From Elsinoe ampelina (taxonomy: Eukaryota): a stretch of DNA of 63,967 bases. Below, in pieces: positions 24,184 to 35,219 of the stretch. Position 1 is the first letter of the stretch; each line of letters opens with the position of its first letter. The position numbers and the translations under genes are program-made. Under the pieces are notes generated by a model that was given only the letters and a program-made list of their open reading frames with translations, made no database searches and was not told the DNA's origin. The DNA is taken from assembly GCA_010093995.1 (NCBI GenBank), contig ML992531.1:1-63967 (forward strand), read 5' to 3'.

Positions 24184-25416
24184 ATGTCCTTCCCCCATCC
24201 CCACCGCGTCCTCCTCCTAGGCGGCTTCCTCACCTCCCTCTCCCACGCCCTCGTCCTCCTCACCCACTCCCCCTCCACCAACCTCACGATCCTCGAACGC
24301 TCCCCCTCGGCGCTCCTCCACAACCAAGGCGCCGGCGTCGTCGCGGGCCCGGACGTCCAGGCTTTCTTCGACAAATACGTCAGACCGGGTCGCGACGTCG
24401 CGGTGTCCAGCAAGGCGAGGCTGTACCTTGACGGGTCGGGCGGGGTGATCGAGGGGTGCGTGGAGGAGAGGGAGCAGAGCATGACGAGTTGGGATGTGCT
24501 GTACCGCTTGCTCAGGTGGAGGGTGGATGGCATGGGGGCGGGGGAGTACTGGGGGGATGTGGTGGCGGGGGAGACGCAGCCCGGGAATGCGGGGCCGAAG
24601 GCCGAGTATAGGTATGGGTGTACGGTGGAGGGGTTGGAGGATTTGGGGGACGAGGGGGTGAGGGTGAGTTGGAGGGATAGGGAGGGGGAGGTGAGGAGTG
24701 AGGTTGCGGATTTGGTGATTGCTGCCGATGGGGCGAGTAGTAAAGCTCGAGGTATTTTGAAGCCGGAGGTGGAGAGGAGGTACGTGGCGTTGAGGGGGAC
24801 GGTGGAGGAGACGGAGATGTCGGAGGAGGCACGGGAGGTTTTCTTTGAGAAGTTTGCTTTCTTTCGCGGCCAGGGGATACAGATCCTGGCGTATTCGATA
24901 CCGGGGGAGAATGGCGATTTGCGGGAAGGGAAGAGGCTGGTGAACTGGGTGTGGTATGTCAACTTTGAAGATGGTAGCGAGGACCTGGAGTCTTTGATGA
25001 CCGATAAGGAGGGGAAGCGTTATCCGATCACGTTGCCGGCAGGTGGCATGCGGGAGGAGATATGGCAGAGAGAGAAGAGGAGGGCAGAAGATGTGTTGCC
25101 ACCACAGTTCGCAGAGCTGGTAGTGAAGACCAAGCAACCCTTTGTGCAGGCCATCACGGATGTCATCAGCGAAGAGAACATGTTCTTCGATGGCAAGATA
25201 CTCATGGTAGGAGATGCCCTGGCAGGGTTTCGACCACACACCGCGGCTAGTACCAGCCAGGCGACATTCGATGCAATGACGCTGGGCGAATGGATGACAG
25301 GCGATATCGACAGGACGACCTACAGGGACAAAGTACTTGGTTACGCACAAGATGTACAAAGACACGGTGTCGAACTAGGCGAGAGGAGTCAATTCGGCCG
25401 ACATCCGTTTAGCTGA
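24184..25416 (+). CDS. FAD-dependent monooxygenase (2,6-dihydroxypyridine 3-monooxygenase-like)
   Basis: ILERS..LHNQGAG, LVIAADGASS, NWVWY, PFVQAITD, VGDALAGFRPHTAASTSQA. Confidence 0.85.
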   Translation: MSFPHPHRVLLLGGFLTSLSHALVLLTHSPSTNLTILERSPSALLHNQGAGVVAGPDVQAFFDKYVRPGRDVAVSSKARLYLDGSGGVIEGCVEEREQSMTSWDVLYRLLRWRVDGMGAGEYWGDVVAGETQPGNAGPKAEYRYGCTVEGLEDLGDEGVRVSWRDREGEVRSEVADLVIAADGASSKARGILKPEVERRYVALRGTVEETEMSEEAREVFFEKFAFFRGQGIQILAYSIPGENGDLREGKRLVNWVWYVNFEDGSEDLESLMTDKEGKRYPITLPAGGMREEIWQREKRRAEDVLPPQFAELVVKTKQPFVQAITDVISEENMFFDGKILMVGDALAGFRPHTAASTSQATFDAMTLGEWMTGDIDRTTYRDKVLGYAQDVQRHGVELGERSQFGRHPFS

Positions 25417-26137
25417 GCAATGTAGCCAGCAGCTCCCCTAATATCAGCCGCGGAAGAGCGATGTTACTACCAGCGCTGCCCTGATTGCAGCAACGAAGTT
25501 TGCACCTGCCGGCATCTAGCAATCTACTCTGGTCGATCGAGCGACAGTCCCACATAGCATGCAGGATTGACCGTAGAAGCTCCAGCATCGGCAAACGTCG
25601 TATGACCAGCAAAAGCAGGTCAAATGCCTGCAGAACATTTCGTGTTGCTGTGCTATGTGCAGCGTCCATATCATCTAAGCCTGATCAACGGCCACTAAAC
25701 GGAGACCGACCTTCCAGATGTCAATTTGAACACAAAAGGTCGCAGATCGTTTCTTACCCTACCACGAGTCCTTCACCAGGACCATTGTATTCGCGCAAAA
25801 TTTGCCAGTGCTCGCCGCGCTCGCGTTCTTATGAAAATTCGAGCAAAGACTTCGGTGGTTGTGGTAAGATGTGCGCAGGAAAACCTACCAGCATAGCAAA
25901 CCTGACCAATCCGGACGTGAATCGTAGATCAAGGCAGAATCAGGGTCTTGTTCTGAGTAACTTATGTCTGGTCATGTTGGAGAAAGAACTGCTCAACGTG
26001 AAGTTGGAGAGCATGCCGCGGCGCTTACCTAAGCAACTCTCTTCACTATGCCGTCGCAGACCAGCACCATCCTCGGACAACTCTCTACAATCGAGCATGC
26101 CTACTTGAATTGGTGCATAACAGACTTTTGGAGAGAC

Positions 26138-26634
26138 ATGGCAGCTATGGCGGCGCCGAACTCCTCAAGCAACAACCGAATGCCAGACGTCGACCCGTCA
26201 CGATCACCCATACCACTCTCGGCATCCCAAGAAGCTCAAGTGTACCACCTCCCGTGTCCCTCTTCTTCCGCGCAATCGCTGACCTTCGTACCAGCCGAGA
26301 GATCTACCACAAAAACGTCCGCAACAAATGCGCCGACGAAGTACGAGACTTTGCCGCCTGCGCAACGAACAAAACCTTCACAGCACCATTCGTATGCCGA
26401 GCTCAACGGCGAGCAATGAACACATGCATGATACAATTCGCGACACAAGCGGAGCAGGACGCGGCTAGAGCGGAGTGGTTCGCCACGAGGGACCTGCGGC
26501 GGAGAGAGAGGGAGTTGAAGGAGGAGAAGCGGAAAGAGCAGGAGAAGTTTCACAAGGAGTGGTGGGGTTTGGATGAGAATGGGAAGAGGATATTGAATAA
26601 GGGGCCGAGGAAGGAGGGAGAAGGGGAGAAGTGA
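26138..26634 (+). CDS. CMC1: COX assembly mitochondrial twin-CX9C protein; intron 26242-26294
   Basis: PLSASQEAQV|REIYHKNVRNKCADEVRDFAAC...VCRAQRRAMNTC (two CX9C motifs). Confidence 0.85.
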
Positions 26635-27345
26635 AGCAACATGTCTGTTGGAATCATGACGGAAAAGAGAACAAAGGCCATTAGGACGGAGCAAGGGGGT
26701 GGAACATTGACCCTCCGGATGGCGCTACAAGAGTACACCTCCTGGGAAGATGCAGCATGACCTCGCCCAGACCGGACTGAGTGTAGATGCTGACACTCGG
26801 TCAGACAAGGGAGTCTACGAGCGACCAGGCATGGTGGAGGAAGGACAGCGCATAGAAGTTTTGGAGGAGGAAGATCCACAGCGTTCAGGTCGTAGACATT
26901 CCGTGGAAACCTCTCCACTCGCAAAAGCTTGCGTCCCTCTTCCGTAATACGAAATGTGTGGCTTATTGCGATAGCTATTATAACACGAGAAGATGATTAA
27001 GAGATCTGGTAGTTGCAGGCGTAGTTAATAACTACCAGAACTATCTGTCGGCTTGATTCAAGGCTTACAGATCCTGTGTTGACGGAGTGAGGGGTGTAGC
27101 AAGTTAATACCCAGCTAAGATAGTGTTACAGAGGACTAAAACTTTTGCAAGTGGAGAGGAAAGCACAGCTCTCATCTCTGATTCCATGTGGCATATCGCC
27201 TCAGCTGCCGATGTCTCCAGCAGCTGAATCCCGTAAGCATCCCGATTTGAACGCCGCGCTATGCACCATCCCCATCCTCAGCCGGCGAACCCAACCCCCA
27301 AAGACGCCTCACCTCCATTCTCTTCCTCAAAGCCTCCAGATCCTC

Positions 27346-28041
27346 CTAGTCATCCTTCATCTCCCCATCCCCAAAAACATCCTCAAAATCCCCACCCTCC
27401 TCATCCTCCCCCTCCATCCCCCCCATCGCCTCATCCCCCTTCTCCTTCACCCCATTCGTCTTCCCCTCCTCTCCCTCCGTCTCTTCCTCACCCTCGCTAT
27501 CCCACTCGTCCCTCAACCCCCACGGCGTCCCCGTCAGCACATACCTCTCCGGCGGCAACTGCATCCCAAACCCCTTCTCCACCTTGGGCAACATGACGCG
27601 ATTCCTCTCCTGCGCTTGCTCAAGCATCCACTCCTTCGGCAGCGCAGTGACGAAGCTGCTATCCAGTCTACTCGCGATGGCCTGTCGCAGCGCCGAGACA
27701 GTGATGTTGCTCCCGTCGCCGGGGTCGTTGTTTTGGGCGCCCCCGCGGCGGTTGGGTGGCGCGGTCGAGTTGTAGCCTTCTGCGCTGAGGCGGAGCGAGT
27801 CCGAGAGGATGGCGGAGGTGTAGCGGTAGGCGAAGTCGAGGAGTTGGAGCGGGACGCGTTCTTGGTAGCTGTGGATGCCGAGGGAGGAGAGTATGAGGTG
27901 GAGGAGGCGGGCGTCGCGGGGCCGTTTGGAGAGGCCGTCGTCTGAGGTCGAGAGGGCGGGTTGATCGGGGACCGCGGTGGAGGTGGGTGCTGGTGCGGTG
28001 TTGGTGGTGGTCGTTGGTTCGGCGGGTGGGGTGGCTGCCAT
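27346..28041 (-). CDS. TAF9: Transcription initiation factor TFIID subunit 9
   Basis: RPRDARLLHLILSSLGI..YQERVPLQLLDFAYRYT histone fold; ERNRVMLP, LPPERYVLTG. Confidence 0.95.
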   Translation of the reverse strand: MAATPPAEPTTTTNTAPAPTSTAVPDQPALSTSDDGLSKRPRDARLLHLILSSLGIHSYQERVPLQLLDFAYRYTSAILSDSLRLSAEGYNSTAPPNRRGGAQNNDPGDGSNITVSALRQAIASRLDSSFVTALPKEWMLEQAQERNRVMLPKVEKGFGMQLPPERYVLTGTPWGLRDEWDSEGEEETEGEEGKTNGVKEKGDEAMGGMEGEDEEGGDFEDVFGDGEMKDD

Positions 28042-28361
28042 GGTGGGGGTCTAGGTGGGGTAGTGATGTCGGTTACGACGCGCCGCAGCGGTTTATGGAT
28101 GGTGTAATCCTCCGAGCACGGCGTATGTGTATGCGATCGAGAAGTGAAGGAATGTGTGATTACGCCAGGTCAGTGAATGTTCGCAAAGTGAAGGTTGAAG
28201 CTCGGCCCTCTGAGCCGCGACAAGCGCCAAATCCGGGGTAGATGCATGTGAACGAGGAGCAGCTGTTGAACCGCGGCTCATTTCATGCTCACTCCCCGGC
28301 CTCACTTTTCGTCAAATTTGATTCACTGTTTCCACTCCATTCCACACAGACCAAAATCACG

Positions 28362-29198
28362 ATGCAGATCAAGGACAGAGTATTCCTAATCACGGGTGGA
28401 TCTAGTGGCTTAGGGCTGGCTACTGCAGAGGACCTCTACTCTCAGGGAGGTTATATTGCTCTGCTGGATCTGAATCAGGACCTCGGCGATCAGGCTGCGA
28501 AGAAACTAGGGTCAAGGGCAAAGTTCTTTGAGTGCGATGTCACGAGCACAGAGAACATCGAGTCAGCAGTGAAGGCCGCAGTGGACTGGGCGAAGGCAGA
28601 AGGAAAACCCATTGGTGGCGTTGTCAGTGCTGCCGGTGTCGGCAACCCTGGAAAGGTTCGTATATTTGTGGTATGTAGCATAGACCAATTCTCATCATTT
28701 CAGATGCTCGATCGTCATAACGAGCCGCTATCATTATCCTCTATCGACTTCGTCCTCAACATCAACCTCCGTGGCACGCTCGACTTTGTTCGCCAGTGCT
28801 TACCATACATGGCCAAGCAGGAGCCATTGGGTCAAGACGGAGAACGGGGTGTCGTCATTCTTGTCAGCTCGTCCGCAGCATACGATGGCCAACCTGGTCA
28901 GGTGTCGTATGCTGCTAGCAAAGGTGCTGTTAGATCCATGACATTGCCGATGGCAAGAGATCTCGCGCCCCTCGGTATCCGGGTGGTCACTATTGCTCCC
29001 TCATTCTTTGAGTCTCGCATGACAGCCATGATGTCCGACAAGGTCCGAAAGTCCCTGGAACGGGTGATGGAATTCCCCAAGAGGCCTGGCAAGGCTCCAG
29101 AATTCGCGTCACTCGTAAGGCAAGCCATCGAGAACCAGATGCTCAACGGCGTGTGCATCCGGCTTGATGGCGCCACGAGGATGCCAAGTAAGATGTAG
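28362..29198 (+). CDS. SDR, 3-hydroxyacyl-CoA dehydrogenase type-2-like; in-frame intron 28656-28703; C-terminal SKM (PTS1-like)
   Basis: TGGSSGLG, GERGVVI, YDGQPGQVSYAASKG, MTLPMARDLA, RLDGATRM. Confidence 0.92.
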   Translation: MQIKDRVFLITGGSSGLGLATAEDLYSQGGYIALLDLNQDLGDQAAKKLGSRAKFFECDVTSTENIESAVKAAVDWAKAEGKPIGGVVSAAGVGNPGKVRIFVVCSIDQFSSFQMLDRHNEPLSLSSIDFVLNINLRGTLDFVRQCLPYMAKQEPLGQDGERGVVILVSSSAAYDGQPGQVSYAASKGAVRSMTLPMARDLAPLGIRVVTIAPSFFESRMTAMMSDKVRKSLERVMEFPKRPGKAPEFASLVRQAIENQMLNGVCIRLDGATRMPSKM

Positions 29199-29220
29199 TT
29201 CTTCCAATGCAGTCCAGACT

Positions 29221-29952
29221 TCAACGCTTCCTCTCGCGGACCTTGAACTTGACTCCGTTCCTGTTCACACCTCCGACAGTACCCTCCATCCTAGCTCTCT
29301 GGAACTGAACCTCGTCCAGCGCCTGGCTCAGCTGTGCCTCGCGTTGAGACAGTGCTTGCAGTTTCCTCTCGAGCATCTCCACAGTTCGCTCCTTCTTCCG
29401 CTTCGCTCGATATGCGTCGGTCTCGAGGCGCGGGGCGGGTTTGTCGTCCATATCGTCATCGCTTCCACCATCCAAAAGATCCTTCAGCTCAGCCACCTCA
29501 TTCCCATCCTCGTCGAACCTCTTGTGTTTGCTCAGATCTGTTGATGTGTTTGCATTGACGTCTACATCAACTAGTACAGCTTCCTCCCGAGTCTTCTCCA
29601 GTTCTCGCTTGGTCTGCTGCAGCATAGTACTGACGTATCCCGCGTCCTGCGTTTTGAGCAGCTTGACCACATCCACGCTCATGCTGCCTGCAGTCCCATT
29701 TTGTGCTCCACGATCCTGAATTTTGACTCCATTCTTCGTCGTGCGGCTCATCATACCGAAGGCGAATTCATCCGGATTCCGCTCTGCAGCCTTCTGTCGG
29801 AGAGCTTTGAGGCGTGCTTTCTTCACGTTGTGGTCTTTCGCTCGGAGTGAGTAGTCCTTGTGTTTTTCCAGGAGGCCCCATTTTTTGCGCTCCAGTGGTT
29901 GCGCTCGCTCTTTGTGATTGCGCCGCTGGACGGCATTTCGCATGGACGACAT
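29221..29952 (-). CDS. UTP11: U3 snoRNA-associated protein 11
   Basis: MSSMRNAVQRRNHKERAQPLERKKWGLLEKHKDYSLRA, RNPDEF, LLKTQD, FKVRERKR. Confidence 0.95.
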   Translation of the reverse strand: MSSMRNAVQRRNHKERAQPLERKKWGLLEKHKDYSLRAKDHNVKKARLKALRQKAAERNPDEFAFGMMSRTTKNGVKIQDRGAQNGTAGSMSVDVVKLLKTQDAGYVSTMLQQTKRELEKTREEAVLVDVDVNANTSTDLSKHKRFDEDGNEVAELKDLLDGGSDDDMDDKPAPRLETDAYRAKRKKERTVEMLERKLQALSQREAQLSQALDEVQFQRARMEGTVGGVNRNGVKFKVRERKR

Positions 29953-30494
29953 TTTGGGGTTGGGATGAAATGTGTCGAGTAGAAGCAGGAGAGCAAGATC
30001 TACAACCTTTACAAAATTGTGCCAAGATTTCGCGATCTGGCGCGGACGGCAGGGGCGGGGAAAGAAAGATAGATCCAGCCAATCATGGGCTGTGGAATCG
30101 ACCATTCACGGCGTGTCGTCACCTTCGCTTACTGAGGTGAGTTCTGGACTGATCAAACACATCACGAGAACATACCTCCAAGTCTGTGTTATCATTGTGA
30201 TTTGACCATCGCTTTAAATCTGGTCTAGACCTATTTTGTCACCCCGAATTTGAGTGAAGGTGTAATTACAAGAAACGCGCCTGTTAGGCTGTTACTCGCT
30301 TGCTGCATAAGCCAACAAGGGCTAACCACTATCTGTTGCTTTCCCTGTGATGGAGGGCTAGGCGGCCTAATCTCACTTCACCCCGGAGCACTTCGCTATT
30401 CCTGCTTCCTCTCTCTCAACTCAGACTGCGGTCCTCTTGACAAGACATCCAAGACTTCCACGTAGTTCTTGGTCCTCTGAAGGTGTCTGCAAGC

Positions 30495-32177
30495 ATGGAG
30501 GCTTTTACCAATTCCACAGCACACAACCTACCAGATGTACATGTCAAGCCATCAGCCTTGCTTACGCCTGGCAACATTGCCGCAGCTTTGATTTTGTACA
30601 TCTTAGGATACGGACTGTTTGTCTCTGCTCGGAAGCCATCGCTGCCAGAGTCTATTCCTTGGGTTGGGCGGGATGGCAAAGGATGGTTGGCTGGATTCAT
30701 CGCCACATTTAAGACCGCCATACACTACACGAAGTGGAATCATGAAGGCTATGAGATGTACAACAAGACCGATCGATCGTTCATCGTACCCGGGTTTCCT
30801 GGAACACAAACTGAAATCATTCTTCCTCGATCACAGATGAAATGGCTCATCGACCAGCCCGACAATGTACTTTCCGTGGCAGCTGCACACTATGAATCAC
30901 TACACGGCGAATATTCTTTTATCACGCCGAGATTGCTCAAGGATCCGTATCACGAGCATGTCATCCACCGAAGTCTCGCGAGACATCTCACCGGCCTGAT
31001 TCCCGAGGTTGAAGACGAAACAATTGCGGCGATTGACGGCCACCTGGGTATGGATGAAGAGAATTGGAAGTCGATCTGCGTGTGGGACATGCTGATGAAG
31101 GTCATCCCTCTTTTGACCAACCGCATGATCATCGGCCTCCCTGTTGGAAGAAACCAGCATTACCTCGACAACATGATCGGCTTCACCGAAGACATCATCC
31201 GTAACATCATGCTCCTTGGTCTCACGCCAGAGGCCCTGAAACCCATCGTCGGCCGCCTCGCCGGTCTTCCCGGCAAATACCACTGGCGTCAAACCGCCCG
31301 CCACACTCTCCCCGTCATCAAGCAACGTCTCCACGACTTCTCCCGCAAAGAAGCCGACGACCCAGCCTACAAAGACTGGACCCCACCAAACGACTACATA
31401 ACCTGGCACATCAAGCTCGCCAAAGCCGAAGGCCGCACCGACGAGCTCGACCCCAAAATCATCTCCATGCGCCTCACCCCACTCAACTTTGCCTCCATCC
31501 ACACCACCAGCATCACCGCCCTCAACCTCATCTTCGACCTCTTCTCCTCCGACCCAAGCAAAGGCTACGTCTCCGGCATCATCGAAGAATGCACCCGCAT
31601 CTGGTCCGAAGAATCCAACCACGCAACGAAAGACGGTCTTTCGCGTATGTTCCGCACCGACTCGGCCATCCGCGAAAGCATGCGCGTGTCCAACTTTGCG
31701 CAAACCATCGTCAGCCGCGTCGTCGTGGCAGACGCCGGCATCGTCAACGAGGCAGAAGGATGGCATGCCCCCAAAGGCACGATGCTGACCATGAACGTGC
31801 ACAACATCATGCACGACCCTGAGCTCCACGAGGATCCGGAGACCTACGACGCGTTCCGACACAGTCGCGAGCGGGAGGCGTGGGAGGCGAAGAGTGCCGG
31901 GGAGAAGACGGATACCGAGGAGTCGTTGAGGGTGAAGCGCAAGGGGATGGTGACGACGGGGGACACGCATTTCCCGTGGGGGCATGGGAGGCATGCGTGC
32001 CCCGGGAGATTTTTCGTGGCGCATGAGTTGAAGATTTTCATGGCGTATCTGGTGATGAATTATGAGGTCAAGACGTTGGAGAAGAGGCCCGAGACGAAGT
32101 GGTTTGGAATGAATAGTATTCCGGCTACCAAGGCGTGTATTGAGGTTAGGAGGAAGAAGGGGACGGGGAGGAAGTAG
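30495..32177 (+). CDS. Cytochrome P450 (ent-kaurene oxidase-like clan), intronless
   Basis: N-terminal TM anchor, NFASIHTT I-helix, ESMR (ExxR), WGHGRHACPGRFF heme motif. Confidence 0.93.
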   Translation: MEAFTNSTAHNLPDVHVKPSALLTPGNIAAALILYILGYGLFVSARKPSLPESIPWVGRDGKGWLAGFIATFKTAIHYTKWNHEGYEMYNKTDRSFIVPGFPGTQTEIILPRSQMKWLIDQPDNVLSVAAAHYESLHGEYSFITPRLLKDPYHEHVIHRSLARHLTGLIPEVEDETIAAIDGHLGMDEENWKSICVWDMLMKVIPLLTNRMIIGLPVGRNQHYLDNMIGFTEDIIRNIMLLGLTPEALKPIVGRLAGLPGKYHWRQTARHTLPVIKQRLHDFSRKEADDPAYKDWTPPNDYITWHIKLAKAEGRTDELDPKIISMRLTPLNFASIHTTSITALNLIFDLFSSDPSKGYVSGIIEECTRIWSEESNHATKDGLSRMFRTDSAIRESMRVSNFAQTIVSRVVVADAGIVNEAEGWHAPKGTMLTMNVHNIMHDPELHEDPETYDAFRHSREREAWEAKSAGEKTDTEESLRVKRKGMVTTGDTHFPWGHGRHACPGRFFVAHELKIFMAYLVMNYEVKTLEKRPETKWFGMNSIPATKACIEVRRKKGTGRK

Positions 32178-32340
32178 GGTGTTTTGTTGTTTTGTCTAAT
32201 GATGAATGGACTTGCCTTTGCTTTCGATCGATGGAAGATTCATTGATGTTGGTCATGCGGACTTAGCTTGTACGGTGGCTTTTGGAGTTCCTTGGTGGAC
32301 TTCTCTTTCTGTTCATTTTCACGTGGTATCATGGTAGCTC

Positions 32341-33125
32341 TCATATCGGTAGCAGGTGACAGCCGAGCATGCCTCTACCTCCCCAATTATGCCTCGGTAT
32401 GAGTTTCAGCTCCACCGTAACACTGGCAGCTGTGTCTTCTTCTGCACGCAGCACCTTCAGTGCAATCTCCCTTCCCTCGTTCGCCTGGACAATCTGAGCG
32501 ACCTTGGCCAGCTTGTCGTGGTTCGTCCAATTGGCATAGCCAAACTGTGTGACTTTGTCGCCGACCTTGAGCCCTGCCATTTCTGCCGGACTTGATCGTG
32601 CCACGCTGTTGACCTTGGCGAAAGGTGCCTCGATGGTGGGAGCAGCTCCGGCAGCTTGTGCAGCTGGTCGTGCTGAATCTGTTCGCTCAGAAGATGTCGC
32701 CGATCCGTTGGATGCCCTTTCCGCAGGTGGAGCATTGGCAAGGTTGGCATGATGCTCTTCCAGTCCTTTCTCGATCTTCTCCATTAACCACTTGTAATCG
32801 TTCTTGAGCCGTATTATCCTTGCGCGAGTTGTGCGTATTTGGGCGACGTCGATGTCAGCACGAGGGTAGCCATCAGGAGTGAGGAGGGGAGTTTGCATGT
32901 CGACATTGTGCTATCGTTGCGATCAGATGCTGACATGGAGATGTCCATAAGTAAACATACAGATTCGAGGACTGAGCCTAGAGCGAACAGTTCCGACTGA
33001 ACACCATCACGCTCGTTCATGAGCTCAAAGAGAGACTTGCGGCTCTGATCGATGGTCGAGGCAGTATTCGTGGTTGGTCCCGAAGGAACTGTCGGCGCAT
33101 GAATGTCGTCCATCCTTAGACCCAT
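32341..33125 (-). CDS. NAS2: 26S proteasome assembly chaperone p27 (PDZ); intron 32911-32960
   Basis: MGLRMDDIHAPTVPSGP, LES|HNVDMQTPLLTPDGYPRADIDV, PFAKVNSVA..SPA, WGGRGMLGCHLLP. Confidence 0.93.
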
Positions 33126-33525
33126 ACTTCTTTGACCAGTAGAATGAATTTGGCTATTTCAATGATTGAACTGATGCTTTCTAATGAGGTGCACCACATC
33201 AAATGGCGGGGTCGTCTTGCGCAGGCAACCAAAAAGGCTTAGTCAGCCCAGCCGAGCCGCCTGCCGTCAGACCGCCTCCGTGAGTGAAAACAACGGAATG
33301 ATGCATGCCTGCACCCAGCCAATCTTTGCCCCGCTACCACCATACTTTTGATCACAGCCCAACAATCTTCATCACCTTTTCACCCACAACACCTTCACTC
33401 ATCAACAGTCACCGTACGTTCTCGGATCAGCATTGCGATCATCTAGTCTGTCCATTGATCGCGACCAATCTGCTTACACTGCTCTCACCTGCAGAATCTT
33501 CAGCTCTTCTCAGCTTCCTTTCACC

Positions 33526-34377
33526 ATGTCCGAAACTCCAACTTTCAAGCTCGTGCTCGTCGGTGATGGTGGTACTGGCAAAGTAAGCTCAATCGCGATC
33601 TCGGTATTCATGCGCCTTGGCTTTGACCGCTGACACGAATCCATAGACCACCTTCGTCAAGCGTCACTTGACAGGAGAGTTCGAGAAGAAGTACATTGCA
33701 ACCCTTGGAGTGGAGGTTCACCCTCTCGGCTTCACCACCGTAAGAGATAGACATATACCCATACTTCGACGCAGCTAAACCTTTCAGAACCTCGGTCAGA
33801 TCCAGTTCGACGTGTGGGACACAGCCGGTCAAGAAAAGTTCGGTGGTCTCCGTGATGGCTACTACATCAATGGCCAGTGCGGTATCATCATGTTCGACGT
33901 CACCTCCCGCATCACCTACAAGAACGTCCCCAACTGGCACCGTAAGATTTGAGCACAAAAGCGATCGCGACTCATGACTAACACACTCAGGCGATCTCGT
34001 GCGTGTCTGCGAGAACATCCCCATTGTTCTTTGCGGCAACAAGGTCGACGTGAAGGAGCGCAAGGTCAAGGCCAAGACCATCACCTTCCACCGCAAGAAG
34101 AACCTCCAGTACTACGACATCTCGGCCAAGTCCAACTACAACTTCGAGAAGCCTTTCCTCTGGCTCGCACGCAAGCTGGTCGGCAACCAGACTCTTGTAG
34201 GTCTTGCCTGCGATACGCTTGAAATTGATGCTGACATTACTACAGGAATTCGTTGCTGCCCCTGCCCTTGCTCCTCCTGAGGTTCAGGTCGACCAGGAGC
34301 TGCTCAAGAAATACCAGGACGAGATGACCGCGGCTGCCGAGATGCCTCTGCCCGACGAGGATGATGCCGATCTGTGA
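33526..34377 (+). CDS. GSP1: Ran GTPase; introns 33583-33646, 33740-33787, 33942-33990, 34197-34245 (plus probable 5'UTR intron 33414-33494)
   Basis: [41 protein letters not shown], acidic tail DEDDADL. Confidence 0.98.
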
Positions 34378-35119
34378 GCATGTCACGAGCGACCAATGGA
34401 CAAGGCCTACGGGTAGGGTTATAGCCAGTTGAGACTGGGCAGCCGGCATAGGAGAGAGAACAATCTCTGGCTTCTCCGAGCAGATGATGGGAGGATCAGC
34501 GAATCACCTTTCACCAAGACCGACACGATCTTTTCTTTTCAGCGTTCACATGCACCATTCAAGCATCTTCACCGGATGATTGAGAGCAACTCTCAAACAC
34601 GCCAGGGGACACAAAGTGAAGGGCAGTGTAGTACAATAGATAGCTTTCTTCGGGCCAAACTAGCCAGACGAATATCATCAAAAGTCTCAAACATCTTGCC
34701 TATGATCGTCGAAGATAGATCCATCCGCATTGACCTCTGGATCTTGACCATAAGACCCACTTCGCACTGACCGGTACGTACTTCACCAGAGCTTGTGAAT
34801 CCAATTTTGCAGGCTCCCGTCATCCTCACGTGTTGACGCGAAAACGCTTGGACCACTCGTTCTCAATTCAACGTGATGCAGCTGTCAGAGGGTCCTACCA
34901 TTTCTTCATCCATTACACACAGCGCCGTTTATTATATGGTCATCCACAATCCGTGATAGAAGGTCCGTCGCTCTCGAATCAGGGAAAACGCGGCGCGCGC
35001 CAAAGTCAGGCGATAAGGCATCAAACAGCGCTGCGGAGTTATTACTGCGCTCGGCGCAGCCAGATCTGCCTTTGAATTCACGCCACTCTCACAACCTTCA
35101 CTTTCCACTTTCCACCTTC

Positions 35120-35175
35120 CAACTACCAGCATATCATCCCGCCCAACTACCAGCATCTCATTCAACTACCAGCAT
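35120..35175 (+). repeat. Three direct copies of CAACTACCAGCAT upstream of the SNF2 gene
   Basis: Copies at 35120, 35144 and 35163. Confidence 0.85.
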
Positions 35176-35219
35176 GGAACGACCCGAGCGCGACCCCTGA
35201 GTCACTCGTAGTAACCAAG

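Noticed and set aside
25485..26108. 207-aa ORF upstream of CMC1 (and similar ORFs at 8083..8613 and 4045..4368)
   Set aside because: No codon bias or motifs, and two of the three have non-ATG starts; treated as intergenic.
21479..32177. Secondary-metabolite cluster (methyltransferase, flavin monooxygenase, SDR, P450)
   Set aside because: No backbone enzyme, precursor peptide, regulator or exporter, and the genes are interleaved with CMC1, TAF9 and UTP11.
35120..35175. CRISPR-like array
   Set aside because: Eukaryotic locus; repeats are only 13 bp with 6-11 bp spacers and there are no cas genes.
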